A stretch of 64,000 nt of DNA from Octopus sinensis (Eukaryota): assembly GCF_006345805.1 (NCBI RefSeq), contig NC_043008.1, positions 19,592,001-19,656,000 on the forward strand, written 5' to 3'. Below, in pieces: positions 13,879 through 25,909 of this stretch. The translations under genes were made by a program, and so were the position numbers. The notes below the pieces were generated by a model, which searched no databases, was not told the origin of the DNA, and was given only the letters and a program-made list of their open reading frames with translations. Position 1 is the first letter of the stretch, and the number at the start of each line of letters is the position of its first letter.

Positions 13879-14599
13879 TGCTACAAAAAATAAATGACCG
13901 AAGAGAGAAAAAATGAGGCGCAAGGAACAAGAATTTACGCATGTATGACAGTATTATATTTAAAATATATGCGTAGTAATAGTTACTAATCCACTGAGTT
14001 TCCATCCCATCCTACATCCATCTCCACACATAATTAGTAAACTGATAGATATTGGATGTAATATAAAAGAAGGCAATAGCATTGTCCTCTTGTGACATCG
14101 CTTTTATAGAGAAAGCTTTAAATTTGCAGACTACTAGACATAGAGGATGCGAGTTTAAGGTATTGAGAAGAATTCAGATATGCGTGGTGTGAGCATTTGC
14201 ATACTCAAATACTGAAAGGAGAGAAAGAAAAATCATCTTGCTCGCAATTCTCCTATAAAACATCCGCATATCACCTCACCACTTTCAAAAAGCTAAAATC
14301 CCCCAAAGCTTTTTGGAAAGCGGGGATGTTTCTTCAGAAATAATGCCTCTTGTTTCTAGCATGTCGGGTTTTCTAGTAGTGGTCTAGTATTTTTTACGTC
14401 TGCTATTTCAGTATAATTCTATGTATGCGTAAAACATCAGTCGAAAGTGAAACATTGGGAGATTTAGCTTTTTGAAATGTAGGTGATGAGTGAAAATGGT
14501 GGGAGAAATAGCATTGAGTGCTTTTTAAGAAAATTGTTTAAAAACAATGTATGTTTTCCAGATTCGTGATCTCTGTATGTTTCTAAGAGTATTACAAAC

Positions 14600-14724
<125 letters not shown>

Positions 14725-16291
14725 GTGTTACAAATTAAGAAATTGCAGTGGGGACGGGAGGAAACTGAAATTAGCATAAGTATATATATATTATAATTAA
14801 TATAGTATAATAGAGATATAATGGATTTAGCATACTCTACAATGGCTACGCAGGAGAAAGTAGACAAATGCAAATACACATTTGTCATCCTATTGGGAAA
14901 CAGTTAACCAAAAGCGTATTCCTTGATTTCGTTTTTTCTCCTATCAGTAACTAGGTTCAAGGTGTGTCATTGAAGGCAGGTAACCCAAGTAATGATGAAA
15001 GCACCAGTGATACTTTTTCCATCACGGTGAGGGTTTATGATCATGTTTTAAGTATTCATAGATATATGCGCGTCACTTGGTTCATGTAGAACTGACGAGA
15101 TTTGTACTAACGCACTCTTCTGAGACTTTCGCTTTCAACGTTTCCGCAGCGTCTATTTAAATTTGGAATTCAATCATACTCACCTATTTTATTCTTTGCA
15201 ATGCAACCACTCAGTCATTTGTATGGATCTGTTCTATGATTCACTTTCCCACATGTAAAATATGATAGTGAAACACTTTTAGTAACTTGGAAATAACGTA
15301 AAACCCAAGTAAATATAAATATCGTACTCACTGCATTCAGTGTCTAAAAGGGAGACAACTCCCACTGCTTTCAGACGGTGATTTACCTCTATTGAACCTC
15401 GCATGTTTTGCACTATGCTCCCTTTCTTACCCCTAACATTGACATTGCTCCATCTTTTTAACCTGCCGTAACCAGGTTCTAACTACTCCTGACAGCAGAC
15501 TATCTCTATAATCTCCCATAGCTTCCGTTACGTTTCCCCTTTCAGTACATCTAGTTTCGAATTTCTGCCATCCTTTGCGGCCATGGCGTTTCTGATTACC
15601 TCCTCTTCAAGTAACAGTGAACTCATTGCTCTCAGTTTTGTTTCATGTGAATAATGAATTGCAACGTATGGTTTATACATACAGTTATTTATATTCTTAA
15701 CAAAAAAAAAAAATCTCTTTGCAAATGCTGGAACTCATGTCACCGCTTGCGTATATCCAGAGAAAATGAAGCCTTACTAATTGCGGATTTGGTTTTTACC
15801 CTGGCAGATAATATAATTTTATGTCTAAAAATGAAATTAATGACAGTTAGAAACTACCTCATAGAGGAGATTTCCGGTATGAGATCTTCTCTCTTTTATT
15901 TTCAAATATTTTAGTGCAAAAGCAGTTCTTATGGAATCTTACATTTTAAATATGCCTTTACATTGCGTCTAAAAGAAAGATGACTATCCATTATAATCTC
16001 CCCCTAACTATATAAAACACACTTGATAGACCCCTGTCGATTTAAGTTAGATTACTTTGTTGTTGCGGTGTATTAATAATGAACATGGTATTTGTGACCA
16101 CAGCGATAATCAGAATGTATAAAAATCTTATCAAATATGGAAATATCATTTTGCCTTTGTCCTTTCAATAAGGATCGAAATTAATTTCTTGTTACCAATT
16201 GACTGTAAACAAGTCTTTAATTAGTATCTGACAAGGACTGCAAAATTTTGCAATGCAATATCTTGAAGTATCAATTTAGCAGCTGAAATGT

Positions 16292-16343
<52 letters not shown>

Positions 16344-16843
16344 ATTTTCTCTATCTCTGACTGTCTTTCTCACATTTCAAGGTTGATGATGACATCCTTG
16401 CAAGAATTACTGACATTTATGCTAATACATAGCGATAATTCTGTGGATTAAGGAAAGAATGCAGGATGCGTAAGAGAGAAAGACTGAAGTAAATTTTGCT
16501 ATTTGGACAAACACTGGCCACTTACATCTGTTGAAGGAGATTCTCTTTACGCGACGTCCTAAAGCGAGGATCCATTGTTTAATAATGTCCCGAGGATGCA
16601 AATATTCAGCTATATGTTAGCATATTCTATATACCTATTATATCATCGCAAATATATTCGACATATGCCTTCTATATAACAATACTTATAAGAATAGCAA
16701 TTAAATATCCATTATTATTAATTTCTCTTCTAATGAATACTATATATATGTGTATGTGTGTGTGTGTGTGTGAACTATATGTGTGTGTATATTTATATTA
16801 TATATATAACTGCATACACACACACACACATATATATATATAA

Positions 16844-17062
16844 GGGCGGCGAGCTGGCAGAAACGTTAGCGCGCCGGGCGAAATGCGTAGCTGTATTTCG
16901 TCTGCCGTTACCTTCTGGGTTCAAATTCCGCCGAGGTCAACTTTGCCTTTCATCCTTTCGGGGTCGATAAATTAAGTACCAGTTACGCACTGGGGTCGAT
17001 GTAATCGACTCAACCAAAATGTCTGTCCTCTCTATGTTTAGCCCCTTGTGGGTAGTAAAGAA

Positions 17063-17063
<1 letters not shown>
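16844..17063 (+). mobile_element. SINE family B
   Basis: Aligns with 2446 and 41921. Confidence 0.9.
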
Positions 17064-17093
<30 letters not shown>

Positions 17094-17613
17094 CATACAT
17101 GAACGGACATGCACGTGTATACACAAATGCATGTTCATTAATATGTACGATGCATGCAAACATACATGCACTCATATGTATTAGTGTGCGCAGGCATATG
17201 CGCGCACGAGTGATTATATATGCGTGTAAGAAGCGTTGTGGTAAGCGTTGGGAATTGACAAGCGTTGGCATTGGTAACCGTTGGCGATTGGTAAGTGCTG
17301 GGAACTGGTAATTGGCTGCCCTGATCATGGTGATGTTTGGTGACGGTAACCTTGGTGCAGAATAGTAATTGAAGAGCGATTTGTTAATTAACGACAAGAA
17401 GCACATAGCTACGTTGGTGGTAACTTCTAAGTTGAAAGTGGGGTTATACCATATAATTTTCCTTACCCGCCTTCACCCAACTACACAAAAGTCAAAATGA
17501 AATGCATATCGTATGCTTAAATGAAAATAGCATATATCCATATTGATAGAAAATGTTGTCTAGATAATTAGCTATCGTATGTGGTGGATATTCATTTGAT
17601 TATTATCTGTGAA

Positions 17614-17860
17614 GTGGATGTGCGTGGCTTAGTGGTTAGGGTGTCAGCATCATGCTCGAAAGATTGTGGTTTCGATTCCTGGACCGGGCGACGCGTTGTG
17701 TTCTTAAGCAAAACACTTCATTTCACGTTGCTCCAGTCCACTCAGCTGGCAAAAAGGAGTAACGCTTCGATGGACTGGCGTCCCGTCCATCTGGGGAACA
17801 CATACGCCATAGAAACCGGGAAACCAGGCCCATGATCCTGGTTAGGCTTTAAAAGGGAGA
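17614..17860 (+). mobile_element. SINE family D (closest copy 31455-31700; related heads at ~7043, ~10257, ~38000, ~46130, ~57260, ~60785)
   Basis: tggcttagtggttagggtgtcagcatcatg...gtttcgattcctggacc tRNA-like head and gatggactggcgtcccgtcca body. Confidence 0.85.
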
Positions 17861-18629
17861 ATATATTTATTTAATAATCTGTGAAAGGGTTGTATTTGGT
17901 TTGTGTATGTGTGCTGCTCCATAGATGTCAGATATGTAACGTGGTAAATTCCATAAGTAACGTACTCTTGTTTGTCAGCTTATTTCGAATTAATATATTT
18001 AGTATAACTTTTTTACTCCGGTGATACTATCTGAATTTTTAGAAACACCCCCATCTTTTTCGTAATGAAGAAATTCTTACTTTGCAAAATGTTCTTCTTA
18101 GGCAAAGATTACAGATATATTACTTTTGTTACCATTACATATTCTTGTGCTGTAATTGTGTTTTAAATATTGTGTAAGTTGCGTAAGCTTCGTGTCGGGT
18201 ATAGGTTTCTTAAAGTGTGTGACATTTTTACTTCCAAGTAAACTTCGAAGTTCATAATCTATTTTTAAAATGGTTATGTTAATGAAATATTCTACAATAT
18301 CTTAGACAACATTATTTCCAATAAACCGGTCTGTTTTAGTCTTTTATCTTTAAAAAGTAGAAGCTGGCGCCAAGACTCAGGAGTATCATTTGGTGGGGAA
18401 AAGTATTTTATGTAGAAAAATTTAATTACTCTGCGCGCAACAGTGAGCCATATTCGTAGAATATGCCTACACTGTATAAATTACTGTCATACTTTCACAA
18501 TACACACATACATATACACATACATACATACATGCATATACACATATATAACATATACATACATATGACACACACACACAAACACATATGTACATATATA
18601 TATATATACTTCCATCCACTAAAAAACAC

Positions 18630-19625
18630 ACTGACTCACACTCCCACCTTAACTTCTCCGCCCACCCTATCCACACCAAGCTCTCCATCCCCTACCAGTC
18701 TTTCGTCTACGCAGGCTATGCTCTTACGACCATGACTTTGAGACTTAGTCTCAACTCATGGCTCTACGCGGATATTCCCCCACCATCATCCACACTGTCC
18801 TTGCCCGGGCACGATATGTGGACTGAGCTTGTGCTCTTTCTCCTCGCATCCTATCCACCCTTACCCGTCTCCCATTTCTCCTCACCTGCCACTCCTCCAA
18901 CCTACCCCTCCGACGCACCATTCTCCGAGCCTTCCGGCGATTCCAGTCCGACACCTCCACCTCGCACATCGTATCTTACTTACCCCTTCCCTCCTTCAAA
19001 CGAGCCCAAAACCTGCGTGACCTCCTGGTGCATAGTTTCTTCCCTACTCCCGCCTGCCAACCTACCTCCTTCCCCTGCACCTGTCCTCACTGTCGCAGCT
19101 GCCTGTACCTCTGCAACACCACCATTAGCACAGGCACCCATCACTTCCTTATCAGTCACTGACTCCTTTACCTGCACCTCTAGTGATGTTATTTGCTGCA
19201 TATTTTGTTCTGTCGCTCCTTCCCTATACATTGGTCAAACTGGACGCAGCTTGGCTGAGCGGTTCGTGCAGCTCCTCCGAGATAGACTCAGCAATGATAC
19301 TCCGGTCTCGCACCATTTCCTCTGTACTTGTCATTCGCTATAACGTCTATCTGTGTTTGGACTATCCTTATACAAGACCATCCGGCGACCCACTTTCTAC
19401 GTGAACAGGAATTAATCATTGACCACCTCAAGTTATTGGGATCAACATTATCCCCTTTTCGTTCAACTTCTGTTATTATCTCCCTTTTATTTTACCTCTT
19501 TTTTTCCATTCATCGTTATATTGAACCGCTCAACCCAAGACGTTGTTGTTCCTTCGCTCTCTATGTATTTCCTCTTATTCCTTTCTGACGAAGAGCAAAT
19601 GCTTGTAACATAAAATAAGTTTCCA
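18630..19625 (+). mobile_element. Penelope-like element 3' fragment with GIY-YIG endonuclease, decayed
   Basis: SFTCTSSDVICCIFCSVAPSLYIGQTGRSLAERF...PVSHHF then REQELI in another frame; 3' region contains ctgacgaagagcaaatgcttgtaac. Confidence 0.85.
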
Positions 19626-19701
19626 TTTTTCCGAGCATCAAATATATTGCTTCTTGTTTCCACTCGTCTTCGTCTTTTGTTTTGATATATATTTGAACTA
19701 T

Positions 19702-20125
19702 AGGCGCAGGAGTGGCTGTGTGGTAAGTAGCTTGCTAACCAGCCACATGGTTCCGGGTTCAGTCCCACTGCGTGGCATCTTGGGCAAGTGTCTTCTGCTA
19801 TAGCCCCGGGCCGACCAATGCCTTGTGAGTGGATTTAGTAGACGGAAACTGAAAGAAGCCTGTCGTATATATGTATATATATATATATGTGTGTGTGTAT
19901 GTGTTTGTGTGTGTGTGTTTGTCCCCCGATCATTGCTTAACAACCGATGCTGGTGTGTTTACGTCCCCGTTACTTAGCGGTTCGGCAAAAGACACCGATA
20001 GAATAAGTACTGGGCTTACAAAGAATAAGTTCTGGGGTCGATTTGCTCAACTAAAAAGGCGGTGCTCCAGCATGGCCGCTGTCAAATGACTGAAACAAGT
20101 AAAAGAGTAAAAGAGTAAAAAGAGA
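19702..20125 (+). mobile_element. SINE family A, full length
   Basis: aggcgcaggagtggctgtgtggtaag head; (taaaagag)n tail. Confidence 0.9.
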
Positions 20126-20836
20126 GTATATATTTGTGAGTGTGTGTGTGTGTGTGTGTGTTTGTGTACGCGCGCGTATGTGTGTGTGTAAGTGTGTATC
20201 AGCAATTTAACAATAAACTGAAGAATTATAGAATATTCTTTTGCAGTTGCTTCTTATACATTTACAAGCAGCGAGGTAACAGCGGCATCGATATTTCGGG
20301 CTGATAGACGTTCTCGGACAGTCCGGCAAGGGCTAGTAGAGCGAAACCGCGAGATCACTGTCTAGTAAATGTATGATATTATCAAGAACTCGCTACATAT
20401 TGTGTAACATTGCTTACGAACTTATTATTCTTACTATTCTTTAACCATAGAATTTCGTCCTATAAGTTCCTTATAACCTGAGTTGACGTGTGTAGTTTTG
20501 GTTCGATTATTTTCTTTCGGAATTCTCTCATGCATATCGTGATGTTTGTTGCTAAGCCGTGTAGATATATCAATGTATATTTGAAGAACAGCTTTTTAGT
20601 TAGACATGTTGTCTGCAGATGAGATTACGAAGATCTAGGAAGGTTGATGGAGAATTTTGGAAAAGTCATTTGGAATTATGAAAAATTCTTGATGAACTGA
20701 ATAAAAGAAAACATAACATACAACAGAGGAATCAGAATAGTCTGAAAACTGTTCCCTATATTCCCAATATACATACATACATTCATTCATACATACACAC
20801 ATACATACATAGATACATACATACATACATGCATGG

Positions 20837-20868
<32 letters not shown>

Positions 20869-20931
20869 GCGTGTGTGAGCGTGTACGTGAGTGCATGTGA
20901 GTGTGTATATGTATATATATATATACATATA

Positions 20932-20990
<59 letters not shown>

Positions 20991-21099
20991 ATGTGAGTGT
21001 GTGTGCACGCGCGCATTTATCTCTGTCTATGTATCCCTCGGACGTGCGCATACACGTACATGTACACACATACTCACATTCGCACATTCCAGTTTCTAG

Positions 21100-21212
21100 A
21101 CTGGCAACAACGGTAGTTTGCTTATGATAAAATGCGACAGGATCAACGTCAAAATGGCAACGACACATGATTACAATTTACCTGTTGTTGCATCCATTGT
21201 TGAGTTGTCCAG
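21100..21212 (+). CDS. Internal coding exon A of single-pass membrane protein gene (ectodomain; TGNNGSLLMIKCDRINVKMATTHDYNLPVVASIVELS)
   Basis: Acceptor cattccagtttctAG, donor AG|GTAGGT, 113 nt open in phase 0 to 2; joins the 25801 exon in frame; contains an NGS sequon. Confidence 0.6.
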
Positions 21213-21561
21213 GTAGGTGTTTGGCCCAGTATTTCCGTTTACCGAAAGAAACCATAGAAATTACTGATACCAACGTGATGTTTCCGTGTCCTCTATATTC
21301 TCAACTCGTGTTCCTTTCATCGTGTTTCTTTACTCAGAAAATGATCAATTAATTATTTTCACTTCACAGAGTATCAGCATCATAATTTTGAGTCTCGTAT
21401 CTTTTTGTTTTTTTCTTCTCTCTTTCGTTTTCACTTCGCTATTTGACACTCGCGTACTCTGTCATTTACTCTCTGTCTGCCTGTGTGTCTGTCTCTTTCT
21501 TTCCCCCCCTCTCTCTCTATCTCACTCTGTATATATAACTCTATATTAACTGTATATAATA

Positions 21562-21942
21562 TGGAAGCACTCCGTCGGTTACGACGACGAGGGTTCCTGT
21601 TGATCCGATCAACGGAACAGCCTGCTCGTGAAATTAACGTGTAAATGGCTGAGCACTCCACAGACACGTGTACCCTTAACGCAGTTCTCGGGGATATTCA
21701 GCGTGACACAGAGAGTGACAAGGCCGGCCCTTGAAATACAGGTACAACAGAAACAGGAAGTAAGAGTGAGAAAAAGTTGTGGTGAAAGAGTACAACAGGG
21801 ATCACCACCATCCCTGCCGGAGCCTCGTGGACATTTTGGTTTTTTCGCTCATTAAACACTCACAAGGCCCGGTCTGGAAATCGAAACCGCGATCCTACGA
21901 CCCCAAGTCCGCTGCCCTAACCACTGGGCCATTGCGCCTCCA
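21562..21942 (-). mobile_element. SINE family C, full length, inverted (other copies 63151-63470 minus, 33425-33742 minus, 33766-33950 plus, 12183-12475 plus)
   Basis: ggaggcgcaatggcccagtggttaggg box A and ggtttcgatt box B head; 3' ccctcgtcgtcgtaaccgacggagtgcttcca. Confidence 0.9.
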
Positions 21943-22435
21943 CTGTATATAATATATTTCATAACTGTATTTATTCTCAAATTTGAAGCGACAATTTTTA
22001 AATATAAAAAAAATGACTGAGACAAAATCAAACTCACAAATCGACACTTTCATGGCTCCATCAATTTCAGTCAAACTTAGTTAATACGTACCTAACCTAT
22101 CTTGATACTACATAAAAAAATATTTTAATGTAGTTTCAAGACACTTTATGCATATATTAACTAAATTTGAAAGAAATTGATGAGTAAGCGTTTGGCCAAT
22201 CAGATTCGCAAGGAGCCATGAACGCATTGATATGTGGATTCGATTCTGCCTGAGGTTAACTCATCGCATTTCAGTCATTTGTTTATATTTAAAAAGTGTC
22301 GGTTCAAAACGGAGAATAAATATCATTATGATATATATTATATAAAGTTAGTATACTATGAGCCTTTCATAGTAGCTTTCTCTCCGTAACTCGCAAATCC
22401 TTTCGGGTTTGTTTTTAGAAATATTATTTATGTAG

Positions 22436-22485
<50 letters not shown>

Positions 22486-22539
22486 TTAGTGTAGGAAGAA
22501 ATGGAGCTGAACGAAGATTTAATAAAATTCCTTTTTATT

Positions 22540-22625
22540 ATTTTCTACATATGTTTCAAAGGCTGCAAAGTCCCTAATTCGGATTGAATAAGGAGTCCAT
22601 TTTGCAGCCTTCTCTTCAGGAAAAT
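22540..22625 (-). ncRNA. Minimal type I hammerhead ribozyme (minus strand, mirror copy)
   Basis: Exact reverse complement of 22638-22723 (paired positions sum to 45263); cleavage nucleotide maps to 22546. Confidence 0.85.
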
Positions 22626-22637
22626 CCAAGTTCCTGG

Positions 22638-22723
22638 ATTTTCCTGAAGAGAAGGCTGCAAAATGGACTCCTTATTCAATCCGAATTAGGGACTTTGCAG
22701 CCTTTGAAACATATGTAGAAAAT
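22638..22723 (+). ncRNA. Minimal type I hammerhead ribozyme (plus strand)
   Basis: Stem I AUUUUC (22638-43) / GAAAAU (22718-23); core CUGAAGA (22644-50); 12-bp stem II GAAGGCUGCAAA / UUUGCAGCCUUU (22651-62 / 22694-705); GAAA (22706-09); stem III AC(AUAU)GU; cleavage triplet GUA, cut after 22717; AATAAA at 22724-29. Confidence 0.85.
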
Positions 22724-22952
22724 AATAAAAAGGAATTTTGTTAAATCTTCGTTCAGCTCCATTTCTTCCTACACTAAATATATAAAACTTCAAATTTCCG
22801 CACTAAGGCACGGATTTTAGGTCCCATGGTCGTAACCTCAACCGTGCTTTTTCTGTTGTGATTTTTGCTACCCAGGTGTCGGTTATCATTTGAATAATCT
22901 GTAATAAGATAATTCATTTATCTACTTCAATATATATATATATATATATATA

Positions 22953-23790
22953 TATTGGGCCATCCTGTAAATAATGCAGTTTTTGCAATAGCATGATCTA
23001 AAGGTTGGAGGGGGACGGGAAAAACGACCCGCATCAAGTTACTGCATAAGCAAATTGTAATTTTAATTTGTCTTAGTCTTTGTACAAATTTTGAAGAATG
23101 CAGTTCGATTTTTAAGAGTTATATTTTCAAAGCTGTAACGGAAGTGATAAAATGCATATTCAGAATATTTTGCTTTGTGAGTTCAATAAAGGCAACAGCG
23201 CAAAGGAAAGTGTGAGGAATCTTAATGCAATATATGGGAATCGGTCAATAAGCGCAAGCCTGTGTCAACGGTGGTTCCAGAAATTCCGAGCCGAAAACTA
23301 CAGTCTAGAAGATGAGTCTCATCCTGGAAGATCTGTAGAGCTCGACGAGGAAGAATGTATATATATATATTTAAATTTAAAAAGTAAATATATACATATA
23401 TATATTCTTACATTGTTCCGTCAGGATTTGTTCCGCAAACCCTGGCGGAACAAAGTTCCATTGTAACTGTTGTGAAACTAGCAGAGAAACCTGGATTTGG
23501 TTATTCAACCATTCATCGACCCCTGGGTTCCATCGGAAAAGTCATCAAAGTGTTTCTTGACAAACATCGGCAAAGAGTGAATGTGTGCTTTCTTTGCTGT
23601 CACGTCTCACGAATGAGCCCTTTTTGTTTGGAACGGATAGTGACTGCTGACGAGAAATGGGTTCTGTATAAAAAATGTCAAGTGCTGAGGAGAGTGGGTA
23701 GGTAAAGGAGACACACCGGCACTCCAAACTAAAGTAGGTGTTAACCAACGTGAGGTGTTGCTATCTGTTTGGTGGGATATGAAATATTTA
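22953..23790 (+). mobile_element. Mariner transposase remnant (Mos1/SETMAR-like), 3' truncated
   Basis: TIR-like start TA-TTGGGCCATCC; MHIQNILLCEFNKGNSAKE...CQRWFQKFR...LEDESHPGRS; RIVTADEKWVLY; LLSVWWDMK; frameshifts and an insertion. Confidence 0.9.
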
Positions 23791-23853
23791 GGGCACTTTC
23801 TATATATATTTGCTCTCTCTCTGTTTTTGTCTCTCTGTCTATGTATCTATTTG

Positions 23854-23888
<35 letters not shown>

Positions 23889-24409
23889 TATATATACGCT
23901 TTCTTCTAGCTGTGTATATATATTCCATCTATATATAATTATATATATATAAATCCATCTATTTATTTCTATTTCTTCTAGTGCTGACTTGAGTTTACCA
24001 TTGCCTTGAGTATCGAGAAACTTTATAACAGTTAAATTATAGTTATCGCATGTACGCCATATTTCCTGATAGTATCAATGGTGTTAAAATAATTTCCCAT
24101 GGTGCCAAACATTTGAGGAGAGATAACACTCTTGCAAACACAGGCGATCTCAGACACACAGACGCACGCTCACACACACACACATAAACACAAACACACA
24201 CAAACACACACACACACACACACACTCATACATGCATATATAGTGGAACAAAAAATACATTTTCTTAAATGTGTTTTATAAATATCTGTACGCGAGAAGT
24301 GTTTGAATTTTGCATTCTGAATTGAGGAAAACGATGAAGTGGGAGAAACTTCAAAATTTTCATCCAAGATTTTATGTGGTATAGCATAGATAGATAATAT
24401 ATATATATA

Positions 24410-24411
24410 GG

Positions 24412-24480
<69 letters not shown>

Positions 24481-24481
24481 T
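24410..24481. repeat. (TAGA)n microsatellite; also ~60065-60160 and (TCTA)n ~61020-61090
   Basis: Direct inspection. Confidence 0.97.
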
Positions 24482-25735
24482 GCATGTGGTATAGCATACT
24501 TAAGGATCCCATTTCAAAGATTTGTGCTAAAGTATTTAGCACCGAATATTTTTTACATTTTTCCAGGTGTATTCGCAGGAATATTTAAATGAAAACTGAC
24601 CAGAATAAAGCAAGCACGTCGTCTTCCAAGACTGATCAGAGCATCATATTCTACCTAGTTAACGCCAAATATGTCCCTTCGGTTAAGCCGTTTGCACTGC
24701 ATATGCGCAAAAGTATAGTATAGTTATTTTGTTGCCTGTTCATTCTAGTAGAAACTTAGTTGATTTTGAATATGTTTTGTAAGCAAGTAATATTATAAGT
24801 CATGTTCTAAACCATTTCTTTTCCATATATTATCCAATAACATATGAATCCGTACTTGGGTGGGAAATACGCACATTTATACTCACACGCACGCACTGAT
24901 ATTCACACACTCATACACACACACATAAATGCATTCTTTTCTAATATAGTCACAAGGCCCCAAAAAGATTGGCTGTGGATTTGATCGACCCCAGTACGCA
25001 ATAGGTACTTAAATTATCGACCCCAAAAGGATGAAAGGCAAAGTCGACCTCGGTGGAATTTGATCTCAGAAAGGAAAGACAGACGAAATACCACTCAGCA
25101 TTTCGCCCGGCGCGCTAACGATTCTGCCAGCTTACCGCCTTCACATACATGCATTCTGTCTACATAGAAACACAAACACACACATATATTATGTTTACGT
25201 ATATATGTCATTAACTGTGGCTGACAGTGCAAGGTAGTACCTACATTTCTATAAATAAGAGTTGAAAACCCTTAGAGCTGCAAATAAGCACATGTCTATG
25301 CACTGACAAAGGTGATAACCGCACCGCGGTAAGCGAGATCCCCAGTCCTTTCTCAAAATTTCATTCGCACCACTAGGTCCCTTTGAATAAACATCTCATT
25401 GAATGTATATCTCCACACTATCCATATATAATAACAAAATACGTATGAACTCTTATCGGAACCTAGATACCATTGTCAAGAATCATTTCTACCCATTCTT
25501 CATGGCACTTTCTCTGGAAAATGGAACTGCAACTGTGATATCCATCTCATATATTTATTTTTATTCACTTATTTCCAAAATGATTTCGTATATTGAACTC
25601 TACTATTTTCCCCTATTTAACTCTTTCAAATCGTCTCTGATGAAGGGATATCCTTCACATCCCTGAAACAGTTGTAAGACTACCTATCTCTTTATAAATG
25701 TCCTAGAAATTTCACACTGCCTTGGTTTTGTAGTC

Positions 25736-25770
<35 letters not shown>

Positions 25771-25800
25771 TCATACTATTTTTGTGTATATTATTTACAG

Positions 25801-25909
25801 GTCTCATCGAAAACTTTGGGTTCATGTTGCTTTGGTTTGCGATGCTGACCGAAAAGGCCCGGACGATGGATTATTTCAAATATTGACAGATGAGCTGAAG
25901 AAAGATATT
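25801..25909 (+). CDS. Internal coding exon B (RSHRKLWVHVALVCDADRKGPDDGLFQILTDELKKDI)
   Basis: Acceptor tattatttacAG, donor GTAAGT at 25910; only the phase 2 to 0 frame is open; GC content above flanks. Confidence 0.75.

Larger units (their letters stand above)
22479..22784. repeat. ~150-bp-arm inverted repeat with 6-nt spacer (agttcc, 22629-22634)
   Basis: Arms are reverse complements apart from one mismatch (22523 T vs 22740 G); left end abuts a (TA)n tract. Confidence 0.95.

Noticed and set aside
14958-14989. Strong acceptor/donor pair
   Set aside because: From the best acceptor all three frames contain stops; only a weaker downstream AG works, and its phase is ambiguous.
20270-20370. 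CpG-rich patch with ctgataga...gaaac and the palindrome cggacagtccg
   Set aside because: The core has an insertion, stems I and III do not form, and as an exon it would create a stop at the junction with exon B.
24567-24720. Good acceptor followed by ATG (MKTDQNKAST...)
   Set aside because: All frames from the acceptor hit stops before the ATG, and no phase 2 donor links it to exon B.
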